DNA of 64,000 nucleotides from Acidimicrobiia bacterium. GTDB lineage: Bacteria; Actinomycetota; Acidimicrobiia; Spongiisociales; UBA5794. The position numbers and the translations under genes are program-made. The notes below the pieces were generated by a model. That model was not told the origin of the DNA. It worked only from the letters and a program-made list of their open reading frames with translations, and made no database searches. The DNA lies in contig QJWC01000081.1 in assembly GCA_003235475.1 (NCBI GenBank), forward strand, positions 9,343-73,342, read 5' to 3'. Below, piece by piece: positions 46,603 to 59,558 of the stretch; within the stretch, counting starts at the first letter, position 1; each line of letters begins with the position of its first letter.

Positions 46603-48134
46603 GACACCACCTCTGCCTCGGCCACGACGTCGGAATCAGTGCGTCCCATCGCTCCCCGCACCGAGACGACGCCGCCGTCGCCGAGCGGCCCACGCGCCAT
46701 CAGGAATGCGGCTGGCCGCGTGTAGAAGTAGGCGACGATGACGTCGATCACCGTTGCAATGCCAAGCGTGAGGGCAAAGCCCTTGACCTGCCCCACGGCG
46801 AGCATGAACAGCAGGATCGCGGCGAGGAAGGTGACGGTGTCGCCCTTGAGAATCGTGGAAAACGCCGACTCGAACGCGTGGCTGATGGCGGGGCGAAGTC
46901 CCCGGCCGTGCCTGAACTCTTCTTTCGTCCGCTCGAAGTAGACGATGTACGAGTCAGAGGTGATGCCAACCGACACGACCACACCAGTGACCCCAGCAAG
47001 GGTCAGTGTCGTCCCGTTGATCTCACCGAGAAGGATGATCGCGCCCACAAGGAACGAACCGAACACGCTGAGTCCGAGGATCGAGATCAACCCGAGCGCC
47101 CGGTAGTAGACCAGCATGTAGATCGCGACGAGCATAAGGCCGAAAAGACCTGCGAGGAGACCTGCGATGAGGGAGTCCTCACCAAGCGACGCCGACACGG
47201 ACTCCACGCGCTCTCGCTCGAATGTCGTCGGCAGGGCGCCGTAGCGCAAGAGGGCTGCAAGGGATTCCGCTTCCGCTTGCGCATTCTCTCCGCCGCCGAC
47301 CGTGATCACGACCGAACCCGGATCGAGGCCCTCCCCGGCAGGCACGTCCGATGCGATGGTCGGGGCAGAGAAGACGTCGCCATCGACCACGATCGCCATA
47401 CGACGTCGAGGGTCACCCGGCGCATAGGCCGAGAGGTACGCGGTTGCCTCCCGGAACTTGTCTCCACCGGCTGATGTGAACTCCGGGACCACCACCCAGT
47501 CGCCGCCGATCTGGCCCTGGCTGAACCTCGCTTGCGCGTTCGTGATGTCCGATCCCGTCGGGAAGGTCACGAACGTGCCGTCCTGGAACACGACGTCGAT
47601 GCCGCCGAGTTCGTACACCAGTCCGGTTTCCTCTTCCGCGAGGAGGGAACGCTTCAAGATGTCATCCTCGATCGACAGGCCCGTGGTCGCGTCGACCGGG
47701 TTGAGCGGCTGAAGAATGGGGTTGACGGACTGATCGCCGTCGGGACGGAGGTCCGCGCCGGCGAGAGCCGGAGACGTGACCGACTCGGCAATGACGGGAC
47801 GGAAGGAGAGCTGGCCCGTCGTACCGACAGCCTGAAGCGCACGCTCACGGTCATCGACGCCGGGCAGCTGCACCACGATGGCTCGATCCCCGACGACGGC
47901 GACCTCAGGTTCCTGGACACCACCCAGATTCTCGATACGGAGGCGCATGATGTCGGCAGCGGTGTCGAGCGTTGCCTTGTCCGTGCCCGGAGGGGCGACG
48001 AGGGTGACGGCGAACCCGCCCTGGAGGTCGAGACCGAGTTTCGGCGCCCAACCAATGGCAAGCATGCCGATGACGCTCCCCCAGGCGAGCCCGACGGTGA
48101 CGAGGAGGGTGATCCAGGCCTTTCGGCGACTCAC
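46599..48134 (-). CDS. secD: Protein translocase subunit SecD
   Basis: 511 aa. ATGA overlaps on both sides (with secF and with yajC). Confidence 0.9.
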   Translation of the reverse strand: MSRRKAWITLLVTVGLAWGSVIGMLAIGWAPKLGLDLQGGFAVTLVAPPGTDKATLDTAADIMRLRIENLGGVQEPEVAVVGDRAIVVQLPGVDDRERALQAVGTTGQLSFRPVIAESVTSPALAGADLRPDGDQSVNPILQPLNPVDATTGLSIEDDILKRSLLAEEETGLVYELGGIDVVFQDGTFVTFPTGSDITNAQARFSQGQIGGDWVVVPEFTSAGGDKFREATAYLSAYAPGDPRRRMAIVVDGDVFSAPTIASDVPAGEGLDPGSVVITVGGGENAQAEAESLAALLRYGALPTTFERERVESVSASLGEDSLIAGLLAGLFGLMLVAIYMLVYYRALGLISILGLSVFGSFLVGAIILLGEINGTTLTLAGVTGVVVSVGITSDSYIVYFERTKEEFRHGRGLRPAISHAFESAFSTILKGDTVTFLAAILLFMLAVGQVKGFALTLGIATVIDVIVAYFYTRPAAFLMARGPLGDGGVVSVRGAMGRTDSDVVAEAEVVS

Positions 48135-48451
48135 GAGTCCTCGCCGCCGAGCTTCTCGGCGATGGCGCGCTTGAGGATGCGCATGCGCTGCCCACCGCCG
48201 ATGTCGAGGACGAAGACGTCGTCCTCTTCTCCGACGACGGTCCCCAGGATGCCGCCAACGCTGCGGACATCGTCACCAACGGCGATCTCCGAACGGAGGG
48301 CTTCCATCTTCTTCTGCCGCCGACGATTCGGAAGCACGAACAGGACGTAGAACAGGACGCCGAGCAGGATCATCGGGAAGAGGAACGCAAGCGCGCTGCT
48401 CCCCTGGGCCGCATCTTCGGCAGCGAGAATGAGGATTGCGAAGCTGTACAA
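48131..48451 (-). CDS. yajC: Preprotein translocase subunit YajC
   Basis: 106 aa. Single TM, then VGDDVRSVGGILGTVV. Confidence 0.85.
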   Translation of the reverse strand: MYSFAILILAAEDAAQGSSALAFLFPMILLGVLFYVLFVLPNRRRQKKMEALRSEIAVGDDVRSVGGILGTVVGEEDDVFVLDIGGGQRMRILKRAIAEKLGGEDS

Positions 48452-48514
48452 GGGTTGCCCTCCCGTCGGACCGAGGTCGGTCGACGAACGGACGGATGCT
48501 AGCGATGACCTCGA

Positions 48515-50658
<2,144 letters not shown>

Positions 50659-50675
50659 CGGGACAACGACGCGCG

Positions 50676-51701
50676 CTACAGGAGGGTGGCCTGGTCCGTC
50701 GGCCGCACCGGATCGAGCCCAATGTGCGCGTAGCCGCGTTCGGTCGCGATCCGCCCACGCGGCGTCCGCTGGATGAGGCCCTCGAGGATGAGGAACGGTT
50801 CATACGCATCCTCGACCGTCTCGGGATCCTCGCCGACCGCGATCGCGAGCGTCGACAGCCCGACCGGGCCCCCGCCGAACTTCGAAACAATCGCGCCGAG
50901 GATGGCCCGATCCACCTTGTCGAGGCCGAGCTCATCGACTTCGAACATCTCGAGAGCGTTGTTCGCGGTCTCGTCGTCGACAACATCGTCCGCTCTCACC
51001 GCGGCATAGTCACGTACACGGCGAAGGAGTCGGTTGGCGATGCGCGGTGTCCCCCGCGACCGGCGCGCGATGACACGACTGCCCTCGGGCGTCACCTGCG
51101 TGTTGAGCAATCCGGCCGACCGGACAACGATCGCTGCGAGGTCGTCTGCGGCGTAGTAGTCGAGGCGAGCGACGTATCCGAAGCGGTCCCTGAGCGGGGG
51201 CGCAACCCTCCCCACCCTGGTCGTTGCTCCGATGAGGGTGAAGTCGGGGAGGTCGATCTTGATCGACCTGGCCGCCGGCCCCTTGCCGACCACAATGTCC
51301 AGCTGGCCATCCTCCATTGCCGGGTACAGCACTTCTTCCACCTGCCGGGGAAGTCGGTGGATCTCGTCGATGAACAGCACGTCGCCGTCGTCCAGATTCG
51401 TGATGACCGCGGCGAGGTCGCCCGGACGATCGAGCGCAGGACCCGACGTCGAGCGGAACGACGCACCCATCTCGGTTGCGACGATGCCTGCGAGGCTCGT
51501 CTTGCCGAGGCCCGGCGGTCCGGAGAACAGGAGGTGGTCGACGGGTTCATCTCTCGAGTGCGCCGCCTCGATCAGGATCGACAGTCGTTCCTTGAGCTCG
51601 GCCTGACCAACGAACTCGTCGATGCGGCGCGGTCGCAGGCCTGCTTCCACCTCGAGGTCTTCGGGGGTTGGCGCGGTGACGAGCAGCCCTTCCTCCCTCA
51701 T
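50676..51701 (-). CDS. ruvB: Holliday junction branch migration ATPase RuvB
   Basis: 341 aa. [17 protein letters not shown]. Confidence 0.95.
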   Translation of the reverse strand: MREEGLLVTAPTPEDLEVEAGLRPRRIDEFVGQAELKERLSILIEAAHSRDEPVDHLLFSGPPGLGKTSLAGIVATEMGASFRSTSGPALDRPGDLAAVITNLDDGDVLFIDEIHRLPRQVEEVLYPAMEDGQLDIVVGKGPAARSIKIDLPDFTLIGATTRVGRVAPPLRDRFGYVARLDYYAADDLAAIVVRSAGLLNTQVTPEGSRVIARRSRGTPRIANRLLRRVRDYAAVRADDVVDDETANNALEMFEVDELGLDKVDRAILGAIVSKFGGGPVGLSTLAIAVGEDPETVEDAYEPFLILEGLIQRTPRGRIATERGYAHIGLDPVRPTDQATLL

Positions 51702-52279
51702 CAGTTCCTCGCCTTGCCGAGTGCCTGCAGCGAACGTTTGAGCATCTCTTCGACGGAAAGATCACCTGGCATGTCGGCGAGCGTACCCCTGATTTCATCA
51801 GGCGCGTACCCGAGCCCGGTCAAAGCCTCCCGAACCTCGGCAAGCGGGCCGCTGGGTGATACTGCAATGTCGTCCATCACGTCGAATCGGGGCTTGAGCT
51901 CGAGCAAGAGCTTCTGGGCGCTTCGCTTCCCGATCCCCGGGACATCGGTCAATGCGGCCAGATCATCGGATGCCACGGCGGCGCGTAGCTGCTCGTATGT
52001 CATGGTCGCGACGATTGCGAGCGCGACCTTCGGGCCGACGCCGGAGACACCCAGCAGCATCGAGAACACGTCCTTGTCCCCTGCATTGTCGAAGCCGTAG
52101 AGGGCAAGCTGGTCCTCCCGCACGTGTAGGTGCGTATGGAGGACGATGGATTCGCCGATTCCCGGGAGGCCAGCAAGAGTGCGAGGGGTGACTGCGATCA
52201 CGTACCCGAGGCCACCGACGTCGACCGTCACGGTCTGGGCGGTCACCTCGACGAGGTCACCCCGCACCCGCCCGATCAC
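51701..52279 (-). CDS. ruvA: Holliday junction DNA helicase subunit RuvA
   Basis: ORF 51701..52816. Conserved N-terminus [12 protein letters not shown] starts at GTG 52277..52279, forming a GTGA overlap with the ruvC stop. HhH motifs [15 protein letters not shown]. Confidence 0.85.
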   Translation of the reverse strand: MIGRVRGDLVEVTAQTVTVDVGGLGYVIAVTPRTLAGLPGIGESIVLHTHLHVREDQLALYGFDNAGDKDVFSMLLGVSGVGPKVALAIVATMTYEQLRAAVASDDLAALTDVPGIGKRSAQKLLLELKPRFDVMDDIAVSPSGPLAEVREALTGLGYAPDEIRGTLADMPGDLSVEEMLKRSLQALGKARN

Positions 52280-52779
52280 GCCACATCCCCAGTGGGAATC
52301 CTCGAAGCTGCCGCAGCGTGCTGGGCGTGGCAAAGCGCAACTGCGAGGGCGTCGGCCACATCCGCAGGGCCAGCGATCTGCGAGAGGCCGAGCCGCATCG
52401 CGACCACGGCCGACATCTGAACCTTGTCCGCGGCACCCGAGCCGGTGATCGCCATCTTCACCTGGGACGGTGAGTACTCGGCAACCGCGTGGCCCCGATC
52501 CGACACGCACGCCATCACCACACCTGAAGCTCGCGCCACCGAGATCGCCGTGTTGCGGTTCTTGTTGACGAACACCTGCTCGATGGCCGCGGTATGCACT
52601 GGGTGATCGTCGAGCACGGCTTCCAGATCCGTTCGCAGCTCCACGAGTCGTTCGGCCACCGAACGCTCGGGGTCCGTGCGTATGACGCCCGCCGCGACCG
52701 CACGCTCTGACCCACCGGACACCTCGATGATGCCGTAGCCGGTACGCGTGAGGCCCGGGTCGATTCCGAGAACGAACAT
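52276..52779 (-). CDS. ruvC: Crossover junction endodeoxyribonuclease RuvC
   Basis: 167 aa. MFVLGIDPGLTRTGYGI. Confidence 0.9.
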   Translation of the reverse strand: MFVLGIDPGLTRTGYGIIEVSGGSERAVAAGVIRTDPERSVAERLVELRTDLEAVLDDHPVHTAAIEQVFVNKNRNTAISVARASGVVMACVSDRGHAVAEYSPSQVKMAITGSGAADKVQMSAVVAMRLGLSQIAGPADVADALAVALCHAQHAAAASRIPTGDVA

Positions 52780-52824
52780 ATGTTCGTATGGTACGCCGCG
52801 ATGCGGCCGTAACCAAGGATGGCG

Positions 52825-53562
52825 CTACTCCAACGAGGCAAAGACCTCGTCAGGAATGTCGAAGTTCGCGTACACCGATTGCACGTCGTCGAGGTCCTCG
52901 AGCGCGTCCACCAAGCGGAGCACCTTGCTTGCGGCCGCGCCGTCGAGTGGGACGGATGTCGACGGGAGGTACGTGACATCCGATGTCTCGATCTCGACGC
53001 CTGCTTCTTCGAGCTCCGCGCGAACATTGGCGAGGTCGCTCGGATTCGAGACGATCTCCCACTGGTCTCCATCGGCGGTGACGTCTTCGGCCCCGCCCTC
53101 GAGCGCCGCCATCATCACCACGTCCTCGTCACCCGCGGCGAGGATGTAACCCTTTTGCTCGAAGAGATACCCGACGGAGCCGGGTTCACCGAGGTTGCCC
53201 CCGTTCTTCGTGAAGGCCGCCCGCACGTCCGATGCGGCCCTGTTGCGGTTGTCAGTGAGGATCTGCACATACACGGCGACTCCACCAGGACCGTATCCCT
53301 CATAGAACGCCTCGACATAGTCGACGCCGTCGACACCACCGGAGCCGCGAGCGATCGCTCGGTCGATGTTGTCCTTCGGGACCGAGTTGTCCTTCGCCTT
53401 CTGGATGGCGGTCGCCAGTGTCGGGTTCGCGGTTGGGTCCGCTCCCCCGTTTCGAGCGGCTGACTCGATCGCCTTGATCAGCTTGGCGAACAGCTTTCCG
53501 CGTTTGGCGTCCTGACGCCCCTTGCGGTGCTTGATGTTCGCCCATTTCGAATGTCCGGCCAT
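52825..53562 (-). CDS. yebC: YebC/PmpR family DNA-binding transcriptional regulator
   Basis: 245 aa. [15 protein letters not shown]. Confidence 0.9.
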   Translation of the reverse strand: MAGHSKWANIKHRKGRQDAKRGKLFAKLIKAIESAARNGGADPTANPTLATAIQKAKDNSVPKDNIDRAIARGSGGVDGVDYVEAFYEGYGPGGVAVYVQILTDNRNRAASDVRAAFTKNGGNLGEPGSVGYLFEQKGYILAAGDEDVVMMAALEGGAEDVTADGDQWEIVSNPSDLANVRAELEEAGVEIETSDVTYLPSTSVPLDGAAASKVLRLVDALEDLDDVQSVYANFDIPDEVFASLE

Positions 53563-53571
53563 CGTGACTCC

Positions 53572-54149
53572 TCAGTGGCTTTCGACCAGCCCGACGAGCA
53601 TCCGATGCAGGCGCGTATCGCCAGTCAGCTCCGGGTGGAAGGATGTTGCGAGGATACGGTCCTGCCGGACCAAGACCGGATGAACGCCGCTGTCATCCTC
53701 GACAGACGCGAGGACATCCACGCCGCCTCCGACCTTGGCGATCCACGGAGCACGAATGAACACGGCGTGCATCGGCTCGTCGAAGCCTTCGACATCGAGC
53801 ATCGCCTCGAATGAATCCACCTGGCGCCCGAACGCGTTCCGTCGGACGACGGCATCGAGCACGCCGAGCTGAGGCTGTTCGTGTTCGACGGTTCCCGAGG
53901 CGAGGAAGATCATCCCGGCGCAGGTGCCAAGCATCGGCATTCCGTCGGCCGCTGCCTCGCGGAGCGGGTCGATGAGGCCGTAGAGGCTCGCGAGCCGGCC
54001 GATCGTCGTCGACTCGCCTCCAGGGATCACCAATGCCTCGACGCTTTGCAGCTCTTCAGGTGTCCGGACCTCGATGCCTTCGACCCCGATGGAATCCAGG
54101 ATCGCAACGTGCTCTCGGAAGTCGCCCTGGAGCGCGAGGACGCCGACTC

Positions 54150-54153
<4 letters not shown>
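53572..54153 (-). CDS. pdxT: Pyridoxal 5'-phosphate synthase glutaminase subunit
   Basis: ORF 53572..54351. Start [11 protein letters not shown] at 54151..54153 (ATGA with the pdxS stop). Catalytic GTCAG. Confidence 0.85.
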
Positions 54154-55046
<893 letters not shown>

Positions 55047-55114
55047 CGTCCCTCTGATTTCCGTGAACGTGTAATGGACCGCGCGTCCGACTGGCCGCGG
55101 CCCGTCCCCCAATG

Positions 55115-56176
55115 CTACCGGCGCGCCGCCGCGTCGGTCTGCCAACGTTCGATCGCATCGGCGTACGCGTCCAGGTATCGCCTGCCGACCGTCGCCACGT
55201 CGAACTGCCCCGCGCGGAGCGCGGCACGCCGTTGAAGGCCCCGCCTCCTGTCGTCGTCGGACAGGAGGCCCGTCACGGCGTCCGCAAGCCCGCGCGCGTC
55301 ACCCGGTTTCACGAGGATGCCTGCGTCGCCCACGACCGCTGCGAACGCTGGAATCGCCGATGCGACGACCGCTGTCGACGCTGCCATGGCCTCCACGAGG
55401 ATGATCCCGAAGGACTCACCTCCGAGGTTCGGGGCAACGTACACCTCGGCCTCCCCGAGTATTCGTTGCTTGTCGGCGTCCGAGACCCGTCCGAGGAAGG
55501 TGACGCCGCCGATGTCGATTGCCCGCTTCGCGCCGAGCACGAGGAGATGTGCGTCTGGGTGGGATTCGCTGATCGACGGCCACGCATCGAGGGCGATATC
55601 GAGCCCCTTGCGTTCGTCATCGCGGCCGAGGAAGACAACGGTCTTTCCGATCTTGCCCACAGACGCGTACAGGAGCGTGTCGACGCCGTTAGGGATGATC
55701 CGCACGTCGTCCACCATCGTGACGACCGATCGGGCAACCGGACTCACTGCTGTGACGACGTCGAGGCGCTTTGCCACCCGCCGTGCGACGGGCGAAAGGA
55801 CCCTGAGGCCCCGCCGTACGCCACGCGACGCGTCGGCGTGGAAGGTCCCAACCGTTGGTTGTCTCCGGATGCGCGCTCCGGCGAGCCCGACTGTCGGAAG
55901 AAACGGCTCGTGGACGTGGACGACATCGCAGCGCTCCACGGCACGCCTCACTGCGCTTCCCGCTCTTGGGTTCAGGTTCACGGGCGCCGTGGATCGGTTT
56001 GCCCTCACCGTGACCGATCCGCCGACGCTCACAACGCCCTCGACTTCCTCGGATGCCGGTCCTACGACTGTGACGTCGTGGCCGTCACCCGAGAGCCATT
56101 CCCGAAGGAGGAACACTTGCTCTTGAACGCCGCCGTGCTTGGCCAAGTCGTAGGGACAGACGATGCCGATCTTCAT
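55115..56176 (-). CDS. pimA: GT4 glycosyltransferase, PimA-like (phosphatidylinositol mannosyltransferase)
   Basis: ORF 55115..56233. Start [10 protein letters not shown] at 56176 (ATGA with the upstream stop). Has the EX7E-type C-domain. Synteny with the acyltransferase and pgsA1. Confidence 0.75.
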   Translation of the reverse strand: MKIGIVCPYDLAKHGGVQEQVFLLREWLSGDGHDVTVVGPASEEVEGVVSVGGSVTVRANRSTAPVNLNPRAGSAVRRAVERCDVVHVHEPFLPTVGLAGARIRRQPTVGTFHADASRGVRRGLRVLSPVARRVAKRLDVVTAVSPVARSVVTMVDDVRIIPNGVDTLLYASVGKIGKTVVFLGRDDERKGLDIALDAWPSISESHPDAHLLVLGAKRAIDIGGVTFLGRVSDADKQRILGEAEVYVAPNLGGESFGIILVEAMAASTAVVASAIPAFAAVVGDAGILVKPGDARGLADAVTGLLSDDDRRRGLQRRAALRAGQFDVATVGRRYLDAYADAIERWQTDAAARR

Positions 56177-57084
56177 TCGGCGTCTCCGGCGATCGAGGCA
56201 TCCGATGGCCAGTTCGGCTGGAACAGGTGCCACTGGTCCGGTGCTTCGCGGATGATGCCTTCGAGGTGTTTCGCGAACATCTGTACTGACGCCGAAATTC
56301 GCTCGTCGCGGTCGGGGATGTCGGTTTTCGACGGGAGTTCGACAGGCTCGTGCACGACGATACGGTGGCCCCGGCCATCCTTGAAGTAGGCACCCACGGG
56401 AATCAGGTCGGAGCCGGTGAGGTCCGCGAGGGCGACAGGTCCCGATGGCATCGTCGTGTTCTCGCCGAAGAACGTCACATCCACGCCCCGGCCGGTCACG
56501 TCGCGGTCAGCGACGAGCGCGACGGCGCCACCAGACCGCAATATCCGCACGAGCTTCTTGGTACGGGACGGGTCAGACGTGAGGACTATCTCTATGCCGA
56601 AGGCTCTTCGCACCCTGAAGAACCAGTCGGTGATCCGCTGGTTCGAGAGATGCTCTGCAACAGCCACCACGGGCGTCCCGATCTCCTCCGCGATGATCCC
56701 TGCGACCTCCCAGTTGCCGATGTGCGGGAGGGCGAAGATCCTTCCCCGCTTCGCCTCCATAGAGCGGTAGACGGGTTCGAAGTCGATCCACTCCGTGTTG
56801 TCGAGGATGAAGCGCCTTCGCCTCGGGCGAAACCAGAACGTCTCAGCCCAATACCTGCCATATGAGCGGTACATGCCGCGCACCCCTGATCGGACCTCCT
56901 CGTCGGTCGCGCCCGGCCCGAGCACACGCCGCATGTGCGAATGGAGCAACGGCGCGCCCCCGCCTGTCCTTCGGAATGCGATCGCGCCAGCCGTCTCGCC
57001 GATCCACCGCATCGCACGCTCGGGAAACAGGCCGAAAATTCCAGCAAGGAGCCGGAAAGGGATGTACGTGATGAGGTCCTTCAC
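56173..57084 (-). CDS. Lysophospholipid acyltransferase family protein (PIM acyltransferase-like)
   Basis: ORF 56173..57156. Probable GTG start at 57082..57084 (GTGA with the pgsA1 stop). HtrB/LpxL-like fold. ALPHIGNWE region carrying the H(X4)D-type motif. Confidence 0.7.
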   Translation of the reverse strand: MKDLITYIPFRLLAGIFGLFPERAMRWIGETAGAIAFRRTGGGAPLLHSHMRRVLGPGATDEEVRSGVRGMYRSYGRYWAETFWFRPRRRRFILDNTEWIDFEPVYRSMEAKRGRIFALPHIGNWEVAGIIAEEIGTPVVAVAEHLSNQRITDWFFRVRRAFGIEIVLTSDPSRTKKLVRILRSGGAVALVADRDVTGRGVDVTFFGENTTMPSGPVALADLTGSDLIPVGAYFKDGRGHRIVVHEPVELPSKTDIPDRDERISASVQMFAKHLEGIIREAPDQWHLFQPNWPSDASIAGDAE

Positions 57085-57668
57085 GCGTCGAGCTGCTGCC
57101 AGGTCCTGCGAATGCGTTGGAACACGGTGAAGCCCGTGAGGACGACGAAGACCCACAGCACTGGTTCCATGATCGGCAACCCGATCCCGACGAGGCCGGT
57201 ACCGAGGAGGATGAGGATCATGCGCTCAGCCCTCCCCATCCATCCGCCTCTCCCCTCGAGGCCGGCAAGCTCGGCCTTCGACCGGACGTACGGCACCAGC
57301 AGTGAGAAGGCAAGCGCAACCACACAGAGAATCAGGAGGCGTTGCTCGGCGCGGAGATAGACCGAGAGCCCGACCCACATGGCGATCTCACCGAACCGAT
57401 CGGACATCGTGTCGAGGAACGCCCCCCGATCCGACACGGTGCCGAGCCTCCGGGCGAGGGGGCCGTCGAGGGCGTCGAGCGTCACGCCAACGGACACCGT
57501 CAAGACACCGGCGAGGACGGCGTCACCCGCGATCAGGCCGGCGCCAACGAAAGTGAGGAGGAGCCCGATGATCGTGACCGCCGCGGGGGTGAGACCGACC
57601 TTCGCCAGCACAGCGGCAATCGGTTCCAGGAACGGCGCGACGCGCTTGCGTCCCTTCATGTCGATCAT
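57081..57668 (-). CDS. pgsA: CDP-alcohol phosphatidyltransferase (phosphatidylinositol-phosphate synthase-like)
   Basis: ORF 57081..57863. Likely start MIDMKGRK at 57668. Signature DALDGPLARRLGTVSDRGAFLDTMSDRF. Confidence 0.8.
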   Translation of the reverse strand: MIDMKGRKRVAPFLEPIAAVLAKVGLTPAAVTIIGLLLTFVGAGLIAGDAVLAGVLTVSVGVTLDALDGPLARRLGTVSDRGAFLDTMSDRFGEIAMWVGLSVYLRAEQRLLILCVVALAFSLLVPYVRSKAELAGLEGRGGWMGRAERMILILLGTGLVGIGLPIMEPVLWVFVVLTGFTVFQRIRRTWQQLDA

Positions 57669-57793
57669 GACGAGGTCCTCACCGACGAAAAGGTAGCACA
57701 GACGAGTCCCCGCCTTCAGTGCCCTAGAATCCGCTCGAATCCGGTTGATTCCCGATGAACCGGTCCGAAGCCCTGCGAGAGAGGCACGCATAG

Positions 57794-59086
57794 ATGAACG
57801 AGCACAAAGCCCAACTGGATCTTGGTGACGAGCCAGTCGAGCTTGACGTTCTCGAGCCCACACTCGGACTGCCCGGCATCGACACGCGTACGCTCAGATC
57901 AACCGCGCACCATGTGACATTCGACCCGGGCTTCGGCAACACCGCAGCCGCTCGCTCAACCATCACCTATGTCGACGGAGCGAAGAGCATCCTGCTCTAT
58001 CGCGGCTATCGCATCGAGGATCTTGCCCGGGACTGCACGTTCCTGGAGGTCGCCTACCTGCTGCTGTACGGTCGACTTCCCAACGAGGCCGAGCTGAGCG
58101 CCTGGACCGCGGACATCACCAACCACGCCCTCCTCAACGAGGAGATGAGGTCCTTCTTCGACGCCTTCCCGCGCCGCGCGCACCCGATGGCCGTCCTTTC
58201 ATCGGCGACGAACGCGATCTCGACCTTCTACGACGTCTACCGGCGGCCGACGCGACCGTCCGAAATCGATGCAGGAGCCCGCACCCTCATCGCCAAGCTG
58301 CCGACCGTCGCAGCCTGGGCGTACAAGAAGTCGATCGGCGAACCGTACGTCTACCCCGACAACCAGTACAGCTACGTGGAGAACTTCCTCAGGATGATGT
58401 TCGCCACTCCCCTCGAGGAGTTCCGGGCGGACCCCGCGGTCGTGAAGGCGCTCAACGTCCTTCTGATCTTGCATGCCGACCATGAGATGAACTGCTCGAC
58501 GTCGACCGTGCGGGGCGTCGGCTCCTCCCGGGCGAACATGTTCACCAGCGTTGCCGCCGGGATGGGCGCCCTTTGGGGCCCCCTCCACGGTGGCGCGAAC
58601 CAGTCGGTCATCGAGATGCTCCAAACGATCCACGACGATCCGAGCGCGACGATCCAGTCAACAGTCGACCGGGCAAAGGATCCAAATGACGACTTCCGCC
58701 TCATGGGTTTCGGTCACCGTGTGTACACGAACCTCGATCCGCGAGCGAAGGTGATCCGCGAGTTCGCAAGCGACGTGTTCGCTGCCATGAACACGACCGA
58801 TCCGCTGCTCGAGATCGCCCAGGAGCTCGAGCAGGCTGCACGGGCCGACGACTACTTCATCGAGCGAAACCTCTACCCGAACATCGACTTCTACTCGGGC
58901 ATCATCTTCCGGGCACTCGGGTTCCCGACGAGGATGTTCACCGTGCTGTTCGCGATCGGCCGTCTTCCGGGCTGGATCGCACACTGGATGGAGATGAACA
59001 CGGACCCCGAGACAAGGATCATGCGTCCGCGACAGATCTATGTCGGCGAAGCAGAACGGCCCCTTCCCCGGATAGAAGATCGCTGA
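57794..59086 (+). CDS. gltA: Citrate synthase (type II)
   Basis: 430 aa. ILHADHEMNCSTSTVR, GFGHRVY, NIDFYSG. Confidence 0.9.
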   Translation: MNEHKAQLDLGDEPVELDVLEPTLGLPGIDTRTLRSTAHHVTFDPGFGNTAAARSTITYVDGAKSILLYRGYRIEDLARDCTFLEVAYLLLYGRLPNEAELSAWTADITNHALLNEEMRSFFDAFPRRAHPMAVLSSATNAISTFYDVYRRPTRPSEIDAGARTLIAKLPTVAAWAYKKSIGEPYVYPDNQYSYVENFLRMMFATPLEEFRADPAVVKALNVLLILHADHEMNCSTSTVRGVGSSRANMFTSVAAGMGALWGPLHGGANQSVIEMLQTIHDDPSATIQSTVDRAKDPNDDFRLMGFGHRVYTNLDPRAKVIREFASDVFAAMNTTDPLLEIAQELEQAARADDYFIERNLYPNIDFYSGIIFRALGFPTRMFTVLFAIGRLPGWIAHWMEMNTDPETRIMRPRQIYVGEAERPLPRIEDR

Positions 59087-59096
59087 GGCGTTTCCC

Positions 59097-59558
59097 TCAG
59101 GGCTGCTCGACCGTTTCGGTGTACGTACCGAGTACCTCGCCCGTGAGGGCATCCACCGTGACCAGCGCTTGCCGGTCCGGTTGCGGACCCGCCTCGAAGA
59201 CCAGGACCTGCCACACCGGCTTCGCGAACCATCCGCGGTAGCCGAGCGTCGCGGACCCGTGCCCGACGTCGAATCCGGCTTCGGACCCCGCAATTCGAAG
59301 TGCCTCGATGTCCTCCACCCGCATCTTCCATGCGCCAGCGACCTGATACGCCGCCGCGGCTCCGAGCACGCCGACGGCTGTGAGCCACATCAGCGACACC
59401 CCTGATACGACCACGAGGAGCGCAGCCACGAGCGCCATTCCGAGATAGACGACGGCGGCCGCGGATCGGCGACGCGTGTCGAGGACCCTGAACGGCCGAG
59501 CACCCTCCCCCGCGCCGAATGGGGAAGGGTCGTTCGCGTGATCGCTGCCGTCAGTCAC
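59097..59558 (-). CDS. Hypothetical membrane-anchored protein downstream of MMPL
   Basis: ORF 59097..59639. Possible GTG start at 59558, 2 nt after the MMPL stop. One TM (VVYLGMALVAALLVVVSGVSLMWLTAV) then a soluble domain. No family recognised. Confidence 0.4.
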   Translation of the reverse strand: MTDGSDHANDPSPFGAGEGARPFRVLDTRRRSAAAVVYLGMALVAALLVVVSGVSLMWLTAVGVLGAAAAYQVAGAWKMRVEDIEALRIAGSEAGFDVGHGSATLGYRGWFAKPVWQVLVFEAGPQPDRQALVTVDALTGEVLGTYTETVEQP

